In this document: in pieces, positions 1 to 11,700 of the stretch
Layout: the number at the start of each line of letters is the position of its first letter
Position numbering within the stretch: position 1 is the stretch's first letter
NCBI GenBank assembly: GCA_964057225.1
Contig: OZ059895.1
Coordinates: 13,268,001-13,332,000, forward strand
DNA: 64,000 nucleotides
Reading direction: 5' to 3'
Source of the DNA: Auanema rhodensis
Lineage: Eukaryota; Animalia; Nematoda
The notes under the pieces: model-generated
The model's input: only the letters and a program-made list of their open reading frames with translations
Told to the model about the DNA's origin: nothing
The model's database searches: none
Made by a program: the position numbers and the translations under genes

Positions 1-304
1 TTAGATAGCTCAACCCAAGGCATCAAAATATCTTCAATCTTATTTCTATATTACAGTTATAAACCAGTAGTTTATGAACCTTCATCTTAACTTTACTGTT
101 TCTATCTATTTCCTATTGAAACAAACATTGTTTTAACACTATACAACTGTGAAACCTTTTTTAATTTATTGTATTTGGAGCTCATAAGATTTGATATCAT
201 CGAGGAATTTAGATGTAACGTAGAAAATTACATAACTAACATGAAATTGGAAAAAAAACAATAACGAGGATAAGTATGTAAATCATTGAATATCAGGTAT
301 TTTC

Positions 305-423
305 GCTTACGACCATACCACGTTGAAAGAACGCCATCCCGTCCGATCTGGAAAGTCAAGCAACGTTGGGCCCGGTTAGTACTTGGATCGGAGACGGCTT
401 GGGAATCCCGGGTGCCGTAAGCT
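305..423 (+). rRNA. 5S rRNA: 5S rRNA (variant T26A, C48A)
   Basis: 119 nt GCTTACGACCATA...GTTAGTACTTGGATCGGAGACGG...GTAAGCT followed by a T-run Pol III terminator; close to the C. elegans-type nematode 5S sequence. Confidence 0.97.
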
Positions 424-438
424 TTTCAATTTTTTTTA

Positions 439-464
439 ACGATCATACCACGTTGAAAGTACGC
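439..464 (+). repeat. Partial 5S duplicate (5S nt ~5-30) in the spacer just after the terminator; present in every unit
   Basis: ACGATCATACCACGTTGAAAGTACGC versus 5S ACGACCATACCACGTTGAAAGTACGC (1 mismatch). Confidence 0.9.
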
Positions 465-833
465 AATGCAGCTGATTTTCAATTTTATCTCTTCCGTAAC
501 AAATGTTTTTAATTTTCTAGCAGTTTTACTTAGATAGCTCAACCCAAGGCATCAAAATATCTTCAATCTTATTTCTATATTACAGTTATAAACCAGTAGT
601 TTATGAACCTTCATCTTAACTTTACTGTTTCTATCTATTTCCTATTGAAACAAACATTGTTTTAACACTATACAACTGTGAAACCTTTTTTAATTTATTG
701 TATTTGGAGCTCATAAGATTTGATATCATCGAGGAATTTAGATGTAACGTAGAAAATTACATAACTAACATGAAATTGGAAAAAAAACAATAACGAGGAT
801 AAGTATGTAAATCATTGAATATCAGGTATTTTC

Positions 834-952
834 GCTTACGACCATACCACGTTGAAAGAACGCCATCCCGTCCGATCTGGAAAGTCAAGCAACGTTGGGC
901 CCGGTTAGTACTTGGATCGGAGACGGCTTGGGAATCCCGGGTGCCGTAAGCT
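834..952 (+). rRNA. 5S rRNA: 5S rRNA (variant T26A, C48A)
   Basis: Same 119-nt gene. Confidence 0.97.
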
Positions 953-1362
953 TTTCAATTTTTTTTAACGATCATACCACGTTGAAAGTACGCAATGCAG
1001 CTGATTTTCAATTTTATCTCTTCCGTAACAAATGTTTTTAATTTTCTAGCAGTTTTACTTAGATAGCTCAACCCAAGGCATCAAAATATCTTCAATCTTA
1101 TTTCTATATTACAGTTATAAACCAGTAGTTTATGAACCTTCATCTTAACTTTACTGTTTCTATCTATTTCCTATTGAAACAAACATTGTTTTAACACTAT
1201 ACAACTGTGAAACCTTTTTTAATTTATTGTATTTGGAGCTCATAAGATTTGATATCATCGAGGAATTTAGATGTAACGTAGAAAATTACATAACTAACAT
1301 GAAATTGGAAAAAAAACAATAACGAGGATAAGTATGTAAATCATTGAATATCAGGTATTTTC

Positions 1363-1481
1363 GCTTACGACCATACCACGTTGAAAGTACGCCATCCCGT
1401 CCGATCTGGCAAGTCAAGCAACGTTGGGCCCGGTTAGTACTTGGATCGGAGACGGCTTGGGAATCCCGGGTGCCGTAAGCT
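1363..1481 (+). rRNA. 5S rRNA: 5S rRNA
   Basis: Same 119-nt gene. Confidence 0.97.
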
Positions 1482-1891
1482 TTTCAATTTTTTTTAACGA
1501 TCATACCACGTTGAAAGTACGCAATGCAGCTGATTTTCAATTTTATCTCTTCCGTAACAAATGTTTTTAATTTTCTAGCAGTTTTACTTAGATAGCTCAA
1601 CCCAAGGCATCAAAATATCTTCAATCTTATTTCTATATTACAGTTATAAACCAGTAGTTTATGAACCTTCATCTTAACTTTACTGTTTCTATCTATTTCC
1701 TATTGAAACAAACATTGTTTTAACACTATACAACTGTGAAACCTTTTTTAATTTATTGTATTTGGAGCTCATAAGATTTGATATCATCGAGGAATTTAGA
1801 TGTAACGTAGAAAATTACATAACTAACATGAAATTGGAAAAAAAACAATAACGAGGATAAGTATGTAAATCATTGAATATCAGATATTTTC

Positions 1892-2010
1892 GCTTACGAC
1901 CATACCACGTTGAAAGTACGCCATCCCGTCCGATCTGGCAAGTCAAGCAACGTTGGGCCCGGTTAGTACTTGGATCGGAGACGGCTTGGGAATCCCGGGT
2001 GCCGTAAGCT
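1892..2010 (+). rRNA. 5S rRNA: 5S rRNA
   Basis: Same 119-nt gene. Confidence 0.97.
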
Positions 2011-2420
2011 TTTCAAATTTTTTTAACGATCATACCACGTTGAAAGTACGCCGTGCAGCTGATTTTCAATTTTATCTCTTCCGTAACAAATGTTTTTAAT
2101 TTTCTAGCAGTTTTACTTAGATAGCTCAACCCAAGGCATCAAAATATCTTCAATCTTATTTCTATATTACAGTTATAAACCAGTAGTTTATGAACCTTCA
2201 TCTTAACTTTACTGTTTCTATCTATTTCCTATTGAAACAAACATTGTTTTAACACTATACAACTGTGAAACCTTTTTTAATTTATTGTATTTGGTGCTCA
2301 TAAGATTTGATATCATCGAGGAATTTAGATGTAACGTAGAAAATTACATAACTAACATGAAATTGGAAAAAAAACAATAACGAGGATAAGTATGTAAATC
2401 ATTGAATATCAGGTATTTTC

Positions 2421-2539
2421 GCTTACGACCATACCACGTTGAAAGTACGCCATCCTGTCCGATCTGGCAAGTCAAGCAACGTTGGGCCCGGTTAGTACTT
2501 GGATCGGAGACGGCTTGGGAATCCCGGGTGCCGTAAGCT
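2421..2539 (+). rRNA. 5S rRNA: 5S rRNA (C36T variant)
   Basis: Same 119-nt gene. Confidence 0.97.
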
Positions 2540-2949
2540 TTTCAATTTTTTTTAACGATCATACCACGTTGAAAGTACGCAATGCAGCTGATTTTCAATT
2601 TTATCTCTTCCGTAACAAATGTTTTTAATTTTCTAGCAGTTTTACTTAGATAGCTCAACCCAAGGCATCAAAATATCTTCAATCTTATTTCTATATTACA
2701 GTTATAAACCAGTAGTTTATGAACCTTCATCTTAACTTTACTGTTTCTATCTATTTCCTATTGAAACAAACATTGTTTTAACACTATACAACTGTGAAAC
2801 CTTTTTTAATTTATTGTATTTGGAGCTCATAAGATTTGATATCATCGAGGAATTTAGATGTAACGTAGAAAATTACATAACTAACATGAAATTGGAAAAA
2901 AAACAATAACGAGGATAAGTATGTAAATCATTGAATATCAGGTATTTTC

Positions 2950-3068
2950 GCTTACGACCATACCACGTTGAAAGTACGCCATCCCGTCCGATCTGGCAAG
3001 TCAAGCAACGTTGGGCCCGGTTAGTACTTGGATCGGAGACGGCTTGGGAATCCCGGGTGCCGTAAGCT
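2950..3068 (+). rRNA. 5S rRNA: 5S rRNA
   Basis: Same 119-nt gene. Confidence 0.97.
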
Positions 3069-3478
3069 TTTCAATTTTTTTTAACGATCATACCACGTTG
3101 AAAGTACGCAATGCAGCTGATTTTCAATTTTATCTCTTCCGTAACAAATGTTTTTAATTTTCTAGCAGTTTTACTTAGATAGCTCAACCCAAGGCATCAA
3201 AATATCTTCAATCTTATTTCTATATTACAGTTATAAACCAGTAGTTTATGAACCTTCATCTTAACTTTACTGTTTCTATCTATTTCCTATTGAAACAAAC
3301 ATTGTTTTAACACTATACAACTGTGAAACCTTTTTTAATTTATTGTATTTGGAGCTCATAAGATTTGATATCATCGAGGAATTTAGATGTAACGTAGAAA
3401 ATTACATAACTAACATGAAATTGGAAAAAAAACAATAACGAGGATAAGTATGTAAATCATTGAATATCAGGTATTTTC

Positions 3479-3597
3479 GCTTACGACCATACCACCTTGA
3501 AAGTACGCCATCCCGTCCGATCTGGCAAGTCAAGCAACGTTGGGCCCGGTTAGTACTTGGATCGGAGACGGCTTGGGAATCCCGGGTGCCGTAAGCT
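3479..3597 (+). rRNA. 5S rRNA: 5S rRNA (G18C variant)
   Basis: Same 119-nt gene. Confidence 0.97.
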
Positions 3598-3961
3598 TTT
3601 CAATTTTTTTTAACGATCATACCACGTTGAAAGTACGCAATGCAGCTGATTTTCAATTTTATCTCTTCCGTAACAAGTGTTTTTAATTTTCTAGCAGTTT
3701 TACTTAGATAGCTCAACCCAAGGCATCAAAATATCTTCAATCTTATTTCTATATTACAGTTATAAACCAGTAGTTTATGAACCTTCATCTTAACTTTACT
3801 GTTTCTATCTATTTCCTATTGAAACAAACATTGTTTTAACACTATACAACTGTGAAACCTTTTTTAATTTATTGTATTTGGAGCTCATAAGATTTGATAT
3901 CATCGAGGAATTTAGATGTAACGTAGAAAATTACATAACTAACATGAAATTGGAAAAAAAA

Positions 3962-4298
3962 CGTTCCATTCGGAAATCAATACGTAGCAGGCGGGTTAGA
4001 ATCAGACGACATGAGGCTGAGAGAGGACGACACGCCCTTCATATGGAACACAGACTTCAGCTTTGCCTTATGGAATGACTATGGATGGTTGGTCTTCCTT
4101 TCTTAGCTCTCTTTCACTTTATATCTTTATGTAGACTTATATAACTTATTGTAATCATGTAGACATAATAAACCTTTCTTTCTCGAGTCTTATGTTTATC
4201 CATTATGCTCTTTATCTACCGCTACATCTGGAATACTATCACACTCATCTTGTAGGCTTTATTGGTCTATAGGATCGACGTGAGAGCATAACGGAACG
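3962..4298 (+). repeat. Gypsy 5' LTR (CGTTCC...GGAACG)
   Basis: Identical by eye to 15091-15427; 6-bp terminal inverted repeat; AATAAA at ~4167. Confidence 0.95.
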
Positions 4299-4311
4299 TG
4301 GAGGTTCCACC
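4299..4311 (+). promoter_or_regulatory. Primer-binding site, tRNA-Gln type
   Basis: TGGAGGTTCCACC immediately after the LTR; complement of the tRNA-Gln 3' end (...GGTGGAACCT-CCA). Confidence 0.85.
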
Positions 4312-5708
4312 TCGAACATTTTTATCTTGATTTCTTGACTATTTTCTCTTATATTTCGTTATTTTTACTACATTTCATTGAATCTGAATTCTCTTATATC
4401 TCTACACCATCTACTCCATGTCTTAACACAATACGGTGGGGCCAACAACGTTTAAAAGGGAACAGATGCAAGGACCACTCCTTTTGGAGATGGATTTTAT
4501 ATTTTTTGAAACTGAAGTTATATTTTCCCGTTTGTTCACAATTTTCTGTCTGTCTGAACCCAACAATTTTTATATCCTTGCTGTTAACATCGAATACTCT
4601 GTTACCCGAACTCGAAGCATTTTTGAGGACCCTAGGATGAATTAGTGAACAAATTCACCCAAGGATAATTTTTTTTGAGATTTATGCCCACACTTTCTCC
4701 TTTTAAGGATTGATTTTGGCTTCGAGGAAAGAATAGCCACGGTTATTTCTTTATTTTTGTGGATGAAACAATTTTGCGCACCAATTTGAGATTCTTTCAT
4801 ATTTTGCGATCAGGACTATTTTATTTTGCGTTACATTTCTGTTCAGACAACTTTTTGCCATTAACATCCAAAAATATTTTGATAACGCATTGAATTTACA
4901 CGGGAAACCTCACCTAAATGGGAGGAATATTATGAAAAGTGAATTTTAAGATCGCTATAGTCCGAAAAATCCTGTACAATTTTACGAACTGAATTATTAT
5001 TAGTGATTGTCTATCAGGTCGTGTTGGCTTAAGCATATCAGTTTGGATTTTCTCCCCTTACTATATGTCACCTTCCTCATACCGTTATTGTTGTTTTGAA
5101 GCATAAGACTCACTCCTAAACACCATAATTCTTTAAATATAGTTATTGTAATCTTTAGTCATCTATTCCTAGTCATAATTTTAAAACTAGATTTCTGATC
5201 ATGATGGGACTACGGTACTCATTCGTTTTCCAAATTGCTTCCTTAAAAGAGTAATGCTATTACGAATGTACATTATGAAAACCGCTAAAATCCTTTGAAC
5301 ATTTACCAAAGTCCATTTTCGTGGCATTTTCGATCACTCGTGAGTCCAAGAAGATCAGAATCGTCAGAAAAAGAAAAAAAAATGGGAATAAGGACTAATG
5401 AGATTGCTCAGGCATCAATCAAGTAAGCACTGAACATTTTTTGAACATATACAAACTGGTTGAATTATATACATTTAAGAATATTAAATTGGAAAGCGAA
5501 CAAAGTCCAAATTTTCATACGGTAGTAGGCGGATCTCTGTTAAAGGCCACAACTTAGATTCATTCCTTAACGCCGACTATACAAACCAGTTACTCACAGC
5601 TTTCTCACCCCTTTTCCAAAACTCCTTATCCATAACACTCATTAACGTCTCAAAATCCCCCACGTTACTAAACACTCAAGGTTTTTCCAAACCAAGAGCG
5701 CTACCAAA

Positions 5709-8700
5709 GTGGATAAGCGATTCCGATCAGCTGTACCTCTCAGTACACGAACTGATTTTGATCTGCGAGACTCAGCTCCACTCACCAGAAGCCGAGCTCG
5801 CGCACAAAGCATCGCTATAATCGAAGACGAGCAGAAAGCCGAGCACAAAACCGACAAGTTCTTTACTCCTCGTGCAGGCACTTATTCACCTACTGAACGA
5901 TTAAGCGACGAGGATTACGTACCACCAGGAGGAGAAGAAACATCCATCATAGTGGAAGAACAAACACCAGTTACTGCTAAAAAGGTACGCTCCTCTAATT
6001 CAAATAAAAATAAGAAAAATAAAAATAAAAACTCAAGCAAATCGGACGCATCTCTCTCTCTGTCCATCCCTGAACCAACAGTTTCACCTTCAGTAGCCAC
6101 TACTAGTGCAGGCGGTTTACAAACTTTTAAAAACATAGTTTCTGATCTCTTCAATCGTTCACCAAAAGATCGAAACTTGAACACCAGCCACACGAATAGA
6201 TACTCGTCGGTTCCAAACATTAATTTATCTCCCATACAACCACCCGAACATACACATCTTGCTATTACTGATAACCAAACTTCAACCCCAATTTTACCAA
6301 ATACAACAACAGGAAGTTCAAAAGCACCAAACCAACCCAGCCGCTCAGTACACACAACCCCTGTGTCTGAGAACTTATTAACAACAGGCAGAGTGATAAA
6401 AATGCCATCTGCCCGTACAAGTAATATGGCAACTGAACCTTCTTTACCTGGGGCAGGGAAAACTACCATAGCGCAAGCCTTGTTATCACCCTACTGCCCA
6501 ACTTATGATGGCAGTCGCAACTTTCGAGATTTCACGGCTAAATTCAACCTATTTGCCAACGCTGTAGGTCTGGTAATCCCGGAGAGATTAGCCCTTCTAC
6601 CTTTGCTTCTTAAAAACGAAGCAGCGGAAGAAGCGTACAGGCAAGTACCTGAACAATTAAAAACCACCGGTTCATGGAATGACCTGTTAAGAGCTTTAAC
6701 ATCTAAGCTGTGTCCTGAATATAATCAGGACCCCGCGCTGATCAATCTCCAAAATACAACCCAAGGGGATCTGACAATTGACGCTTACGCTCAATCACTG
6801 AGAACGATTGCACTAAGCGCTTTTGCCACGGATGACCCTCACAAAGATCACATATTAAGATCAACTTTCCTCAGAGGACTGAAAAATACTCTGAAACCAG
6901 CTGTGATTCGAGCGAAGCCAAAATCCTTCACGGATGCGATTGAGGCCGCTCGCTGGGAAGAATCGATAATGAACCAGACAACAGACACGCAGTCCATGCT
7001 AGTCAATGCTGTAAACAAAGCACTAGCTCCTTTCGCGCGCACAAACGAGAGACGAGATAACCGAAATTTCGACCGTAATTATCCACGTGATAACCAAAAC
7101 AATAAAAATTATCATAATTATCAAAATTATCAGAAAAATAAAAACTTTTCAAAATATAATAACAACCAAAATCGTAACGGCTCTTTTGCTAATTATCGCC
7201 GTAACAATAATTATGAACGAAATTCGGGACGATTTAATAACAACTGGCATTCAAACAATTTTAATCCTTCAAACAATAGTAGAAGAGGAAGGACTAATGA
7301 ACATAACGGACAAAGAAGAGTCCATTTTAACAATCAAAGAGATCAATCAAGAGGACGAGATAGAAGCACACCACGAATTAACTCTGTGACCCTTTCACCG
7401 TTATCACTAACGGTTGTAATGGCAATCACAGTAGCAATTTTCCTGCCATGTGTAACTTCATATCAAATTTGCACAAAAGCAACTGGAGGAGCCTTATTAG
7501 TTCCACCAGTAGTAAAGAAATGTAAATTAACAGAAACAAATCATGTGCTACGTACACAAATCCATCTATACACGCGAAACCACACGGCACACGAGTGGGA
7601 CGCGTGGCGCTGCTCGAAGGAAGTACACAAGCTGTGTGTACGCGATTTGTTATTCCTCCGCGACACAAACAGAACAATCGATAGGGTGCAGCCTATAGCG
7701 GCGCACGAGTGCAGGCAGGCGATTCGCGATCGCAAATGGAATAACATGGAGCTGGAGAGAATCGATAGTATAGCACAAGCAACCCCAGAGCCCTCCTATG
7801 ATCCGGCGCGCGCGTTTAGCCGCGACGAGTGCGAGGAGCGGCCGCGTTTAGTACTAGAGCGCGGAGTCATGACCCGCATGCCCGATGATACAATATTATC
7901 CAATTTAATACTAAACACTGAAGGTTGTAGTTCTCATCATGGTAATTGCAAATCAAATACATCAATAATTATATGGGATCCCCAAACATCGGATTCCCGT
8001 TGTAATTATATCGATATGCATTACTACGATGCTATAATAAGCAAAGAAACTATTTTGATTCCAAGTACACAATCAGCGCTTATCCTTTCGAGTAAAATAA
8101 CACCAAAACCAATTGCATCCTGCTTTAGACAACCAGCATTCCATACAACATCAGGAAATTATATAACATTCCCCAAATATCCTAATGATAACAATATCAC
8201 ACTCCTAATTGAACGAGAATTTAAGAAATTGCCGTTCAAAAGACCTAAACGCGCAACTTCTACAAAATGCTCATTCCCATTCGATCAGGATAGAATAAAT
8301 GATGTTGAAGATTTTGAAACGTACACGCTTCGAATTTGCCCATATCCATTTTTAAGACCACTTATGAGTAATCCAGGAATTACACAAATTATTCCTCTAA
8401 TTAAAGGAAGACGTATGGTAGACCCTACATATTCCTTGAAAGAATGGATAAAAGCCCATCGTGAAAATTTTGAATTTTTCTTTAAAATTCAAATTTATGA
8501 GAAATCTTTAAGACATTTTCTCAAACAATATGATTTTCGTGATAAAGACGAAGCCATTTTACAATATGTTGCTCAAAGAGAATTAGCTTTAGCTACTAAA
8601 GCTGGAATATCTTATTTAACATCCAGGCAACTTCTTCAACAAATATCAGATCGTTTGACCGTTATTGAATTTGATCGGTTAATTCGTACAAAAGAAGGCA

Positions 8701-11700
8701 CTTATCGAGAACGTGCTGAAACTATTGCTCTTGATTTAGCCAATACACCAGTTATAATTGAAGACAAATTAACAGTTCCATCAAGACAAGAAATATTGAA
8801 AGCATTCGTAAAAATGCCACCAATAAGAAAACAATTATTAACTGATCAAGAAGAAAGAAACAGCAAATTTATAAAAGATACAATTGACCTTGTACATGAG
8901 CTTAAAACTCTCGTTACGCTTAGAAGAAATAAAACAGCAGCTGATATTGATGACATAAAATTTATAAACCTTCCATCTTCACGAATGTTTGTACTTGATA
9001 CGGATAAATTGTTCTATGACATCAAGAATAATTTTGGAATACAAATTGGACCACATCCCAAGCTCATAGAGCCCAACAACATCTCTAAGGACTTATTATT
9101 GGAAATATTTTTACCACTACTAAACGATAATATTTTGCCTAATACATCTAGTAGAATATCATCAGAACAGTTAAAAAGATTAATGACAGAGAAAATCCAA
9201 CTTAAATCGTTGCAAACCACGACGCGTGCGCCAAGCAACGCGGCAGGCGGCGCGGCCGAGATGGCAGCCCTCCCTATAATCGATCGTGAGGCGCTGATCA
9301 CAACAGATCCCGCAATACTGCCGCAAACATCTACAAGCCCTCGGGCAGCCGCAGCAACTACCGCGCGCGCGCCTTCATCGATGGCCCAGCCCGAAACAAC
9401 GGCGCGCCATACAACCGCAACGACAACCGCGCGCGCAACAATATCGACCCGCGCGCCGCCAACGACTATTCTCTACGCTGTTCATCAAGATCAACAAATT
9501 CCAATAATGGAAGAAACTACATATACACCAATATCTTTGATTCGTAAACATAGAGCATCATCAACGCCTACAGCCACCGATATAGAGTCTGTACACGCTA
9601 ATGCTCAATACATTGCCACAAAAGTTGACTCTGAACAACAGTTTCGCCAAAACATAACAAGCAGAATTGCACAAGATCATTTGCAATATGCTACAACTAT
9701 GATTCAAGAAGAACTGCAGAAACATTTTAAAGAGTCATACGAATCAATATGTGAGATCCAAAATAGGTATCTTGAATTATGGAGATCAATTTTACAAATT
9801 GAACCAACAATAGCTATGCGTACAATACTGGGAAGAGAAGATATAGCCGCAAGATTTGTAGGCAGCGAGATATTACATATACATGTTTGCCCGGTAGTAT
9901 TACAAAAGAATATATATCACAATCACACTGTGAATGGCACATGTTATCTCGAAACCCCTGTATTAACACAAGAAGGACAATTACTGTTTGCCGCACCAGG
10001 ATCGAAAGACCTATTACCTCATGGTAAAGAAATTAACTGTGATCACGTACCAACAGACGTATGGTCAACAGACGGTGAATGGAAAGGAATTAATGGTACT
10101 GTAGACGTCAGTCTCATATCCATGTGGGACGGACTTCATCATGAAAAGATCACACCATTAAAATTCACCGGAGCACACTTATACACCAACTTATCATCTC
10201 GAGTGTACTCAATGACAACAGCCATTGCTTATGGTGCTAGTTTAGCATCGATTCGTCAAAATCACGTGCTTCACACAATTCATCATGATCCAAAAATATC
10301 ATCAGCATTCAGCATATTGAAGAAAAGTAGTGATTACATCTCCAAAGCCAATGAATTCACCAAAAGTACATGGAATTCTTTTGTCGATACAATAGCAGGA
10401 ACGATTGAACGAACACTCATCACTATTGGAGCAATTACAATTATTGTAGTTATACTGATCGTACTAGCCTTCGTTGCGAAAATATATTTCTTCAAACCAA
10501 TAGGCATGCAAGTCATGCATATCGAACTCCGAGATCAAACCAACGATCTTCCCACATATGAAGAAACATTAGAGCTAGTAAGTCAACCTGATCAGCCAAT
10601 ACCAAGGAACATAATGAAACAGTACTATCCATCGTTTCTCACTTTAGTTCCACTAGCTATGCCCATAGTTTGTTCAGTTTCCAATCGCAAAGACCAATCT
10701 CTACCACTGCTATTGATGACTGTTAACGATAGACTAATCCTAACTCTTTGGGATTCAGGATCATCGATTAGTTATATCAGACTCTCGACATTACATTACT
10801 TAACTTTGAATGATTTTGTAAAAAAGGATAAATCTGTTGCGACGACAGCAAACGGATCAGCATTTCGATTTCTGGGAACAATTGATTTGACCGTAGAAAT
10901 CGCTGGATATGAAATAGATCATACATTCTTCATTTCAAGAGATGAAGACTGTCCATCACCAGCATTAATTGGATTAGATTTTATGAAAACACTCGATCGT
11001 CAAAATATCGGTATGAAACTTCGACCATTCAAACAAACGTTAGAAATCGGAAACCGCGTAGTACCGTTAGCCAATGGAAATAACGGGAATATTAGAAAAA
11101 CATCATTTGTCATTAATTTGATAAACTTAAATCCACAATGTATCTTTCCTCATCAGACCTGTAGAATACCAGTAAGGTTAGCTGAACCCATATCACACAA
11201 CGAAATCGCCATGCTACAACCCGATGAAGAAAATACGATATCTACCACCTACGAAACAGCATTTCGAAACGTCAATTCAATTACCATGACATTCAAAAAC
11301 AACACTGATCATCCTATAGATCTATCACCCGGAAACATTATTGACAAAGCAAAAATAGGCGTACTGCCACAATACGAGATCTTTACGACCGAACACAATC
11401 CAGACTATATACCACCCGAAGCGGATTGGGAAAATAAATTACCTCATTTCCCTCAGGACTTTATGAACGATCTTGATTTAAAAGACGCCGACCTAACTAA
11501 AGAACAAAAAGATCTTCTTCAGCTTTGTATTCTCCGTAATAGAGATGCATTTTTAAATGAGGATAAACAAATAGGACTATTTAAAGGACCTGTAGAGCAT
11601 TCAATACCTCTAAGAACAGATATGGACATGCCTAGACCGCGTATAACGCGTATCCCTATAGGCAAACAAGAAGAAGTCGAAAGACAGGTACAGGAGATGC

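Larger units (their letters stand above)
1..3961 (+). repeat. 5S rDNA tandem array, block 1 (529-bp unit, 7 genes)
   Basis: Near-identical unit repeats at a 529-bp period (5S starts 305, 834, 1363, 1892, 2421, 2950, 3479). Confidence 0.98.

Noticed and set aside
3872-4645. Short ORFs over the spacer/LTR junction and the Gypsy leader
   Set aside because: They cross element boundaries, use non-ATG starts and have no motifs.
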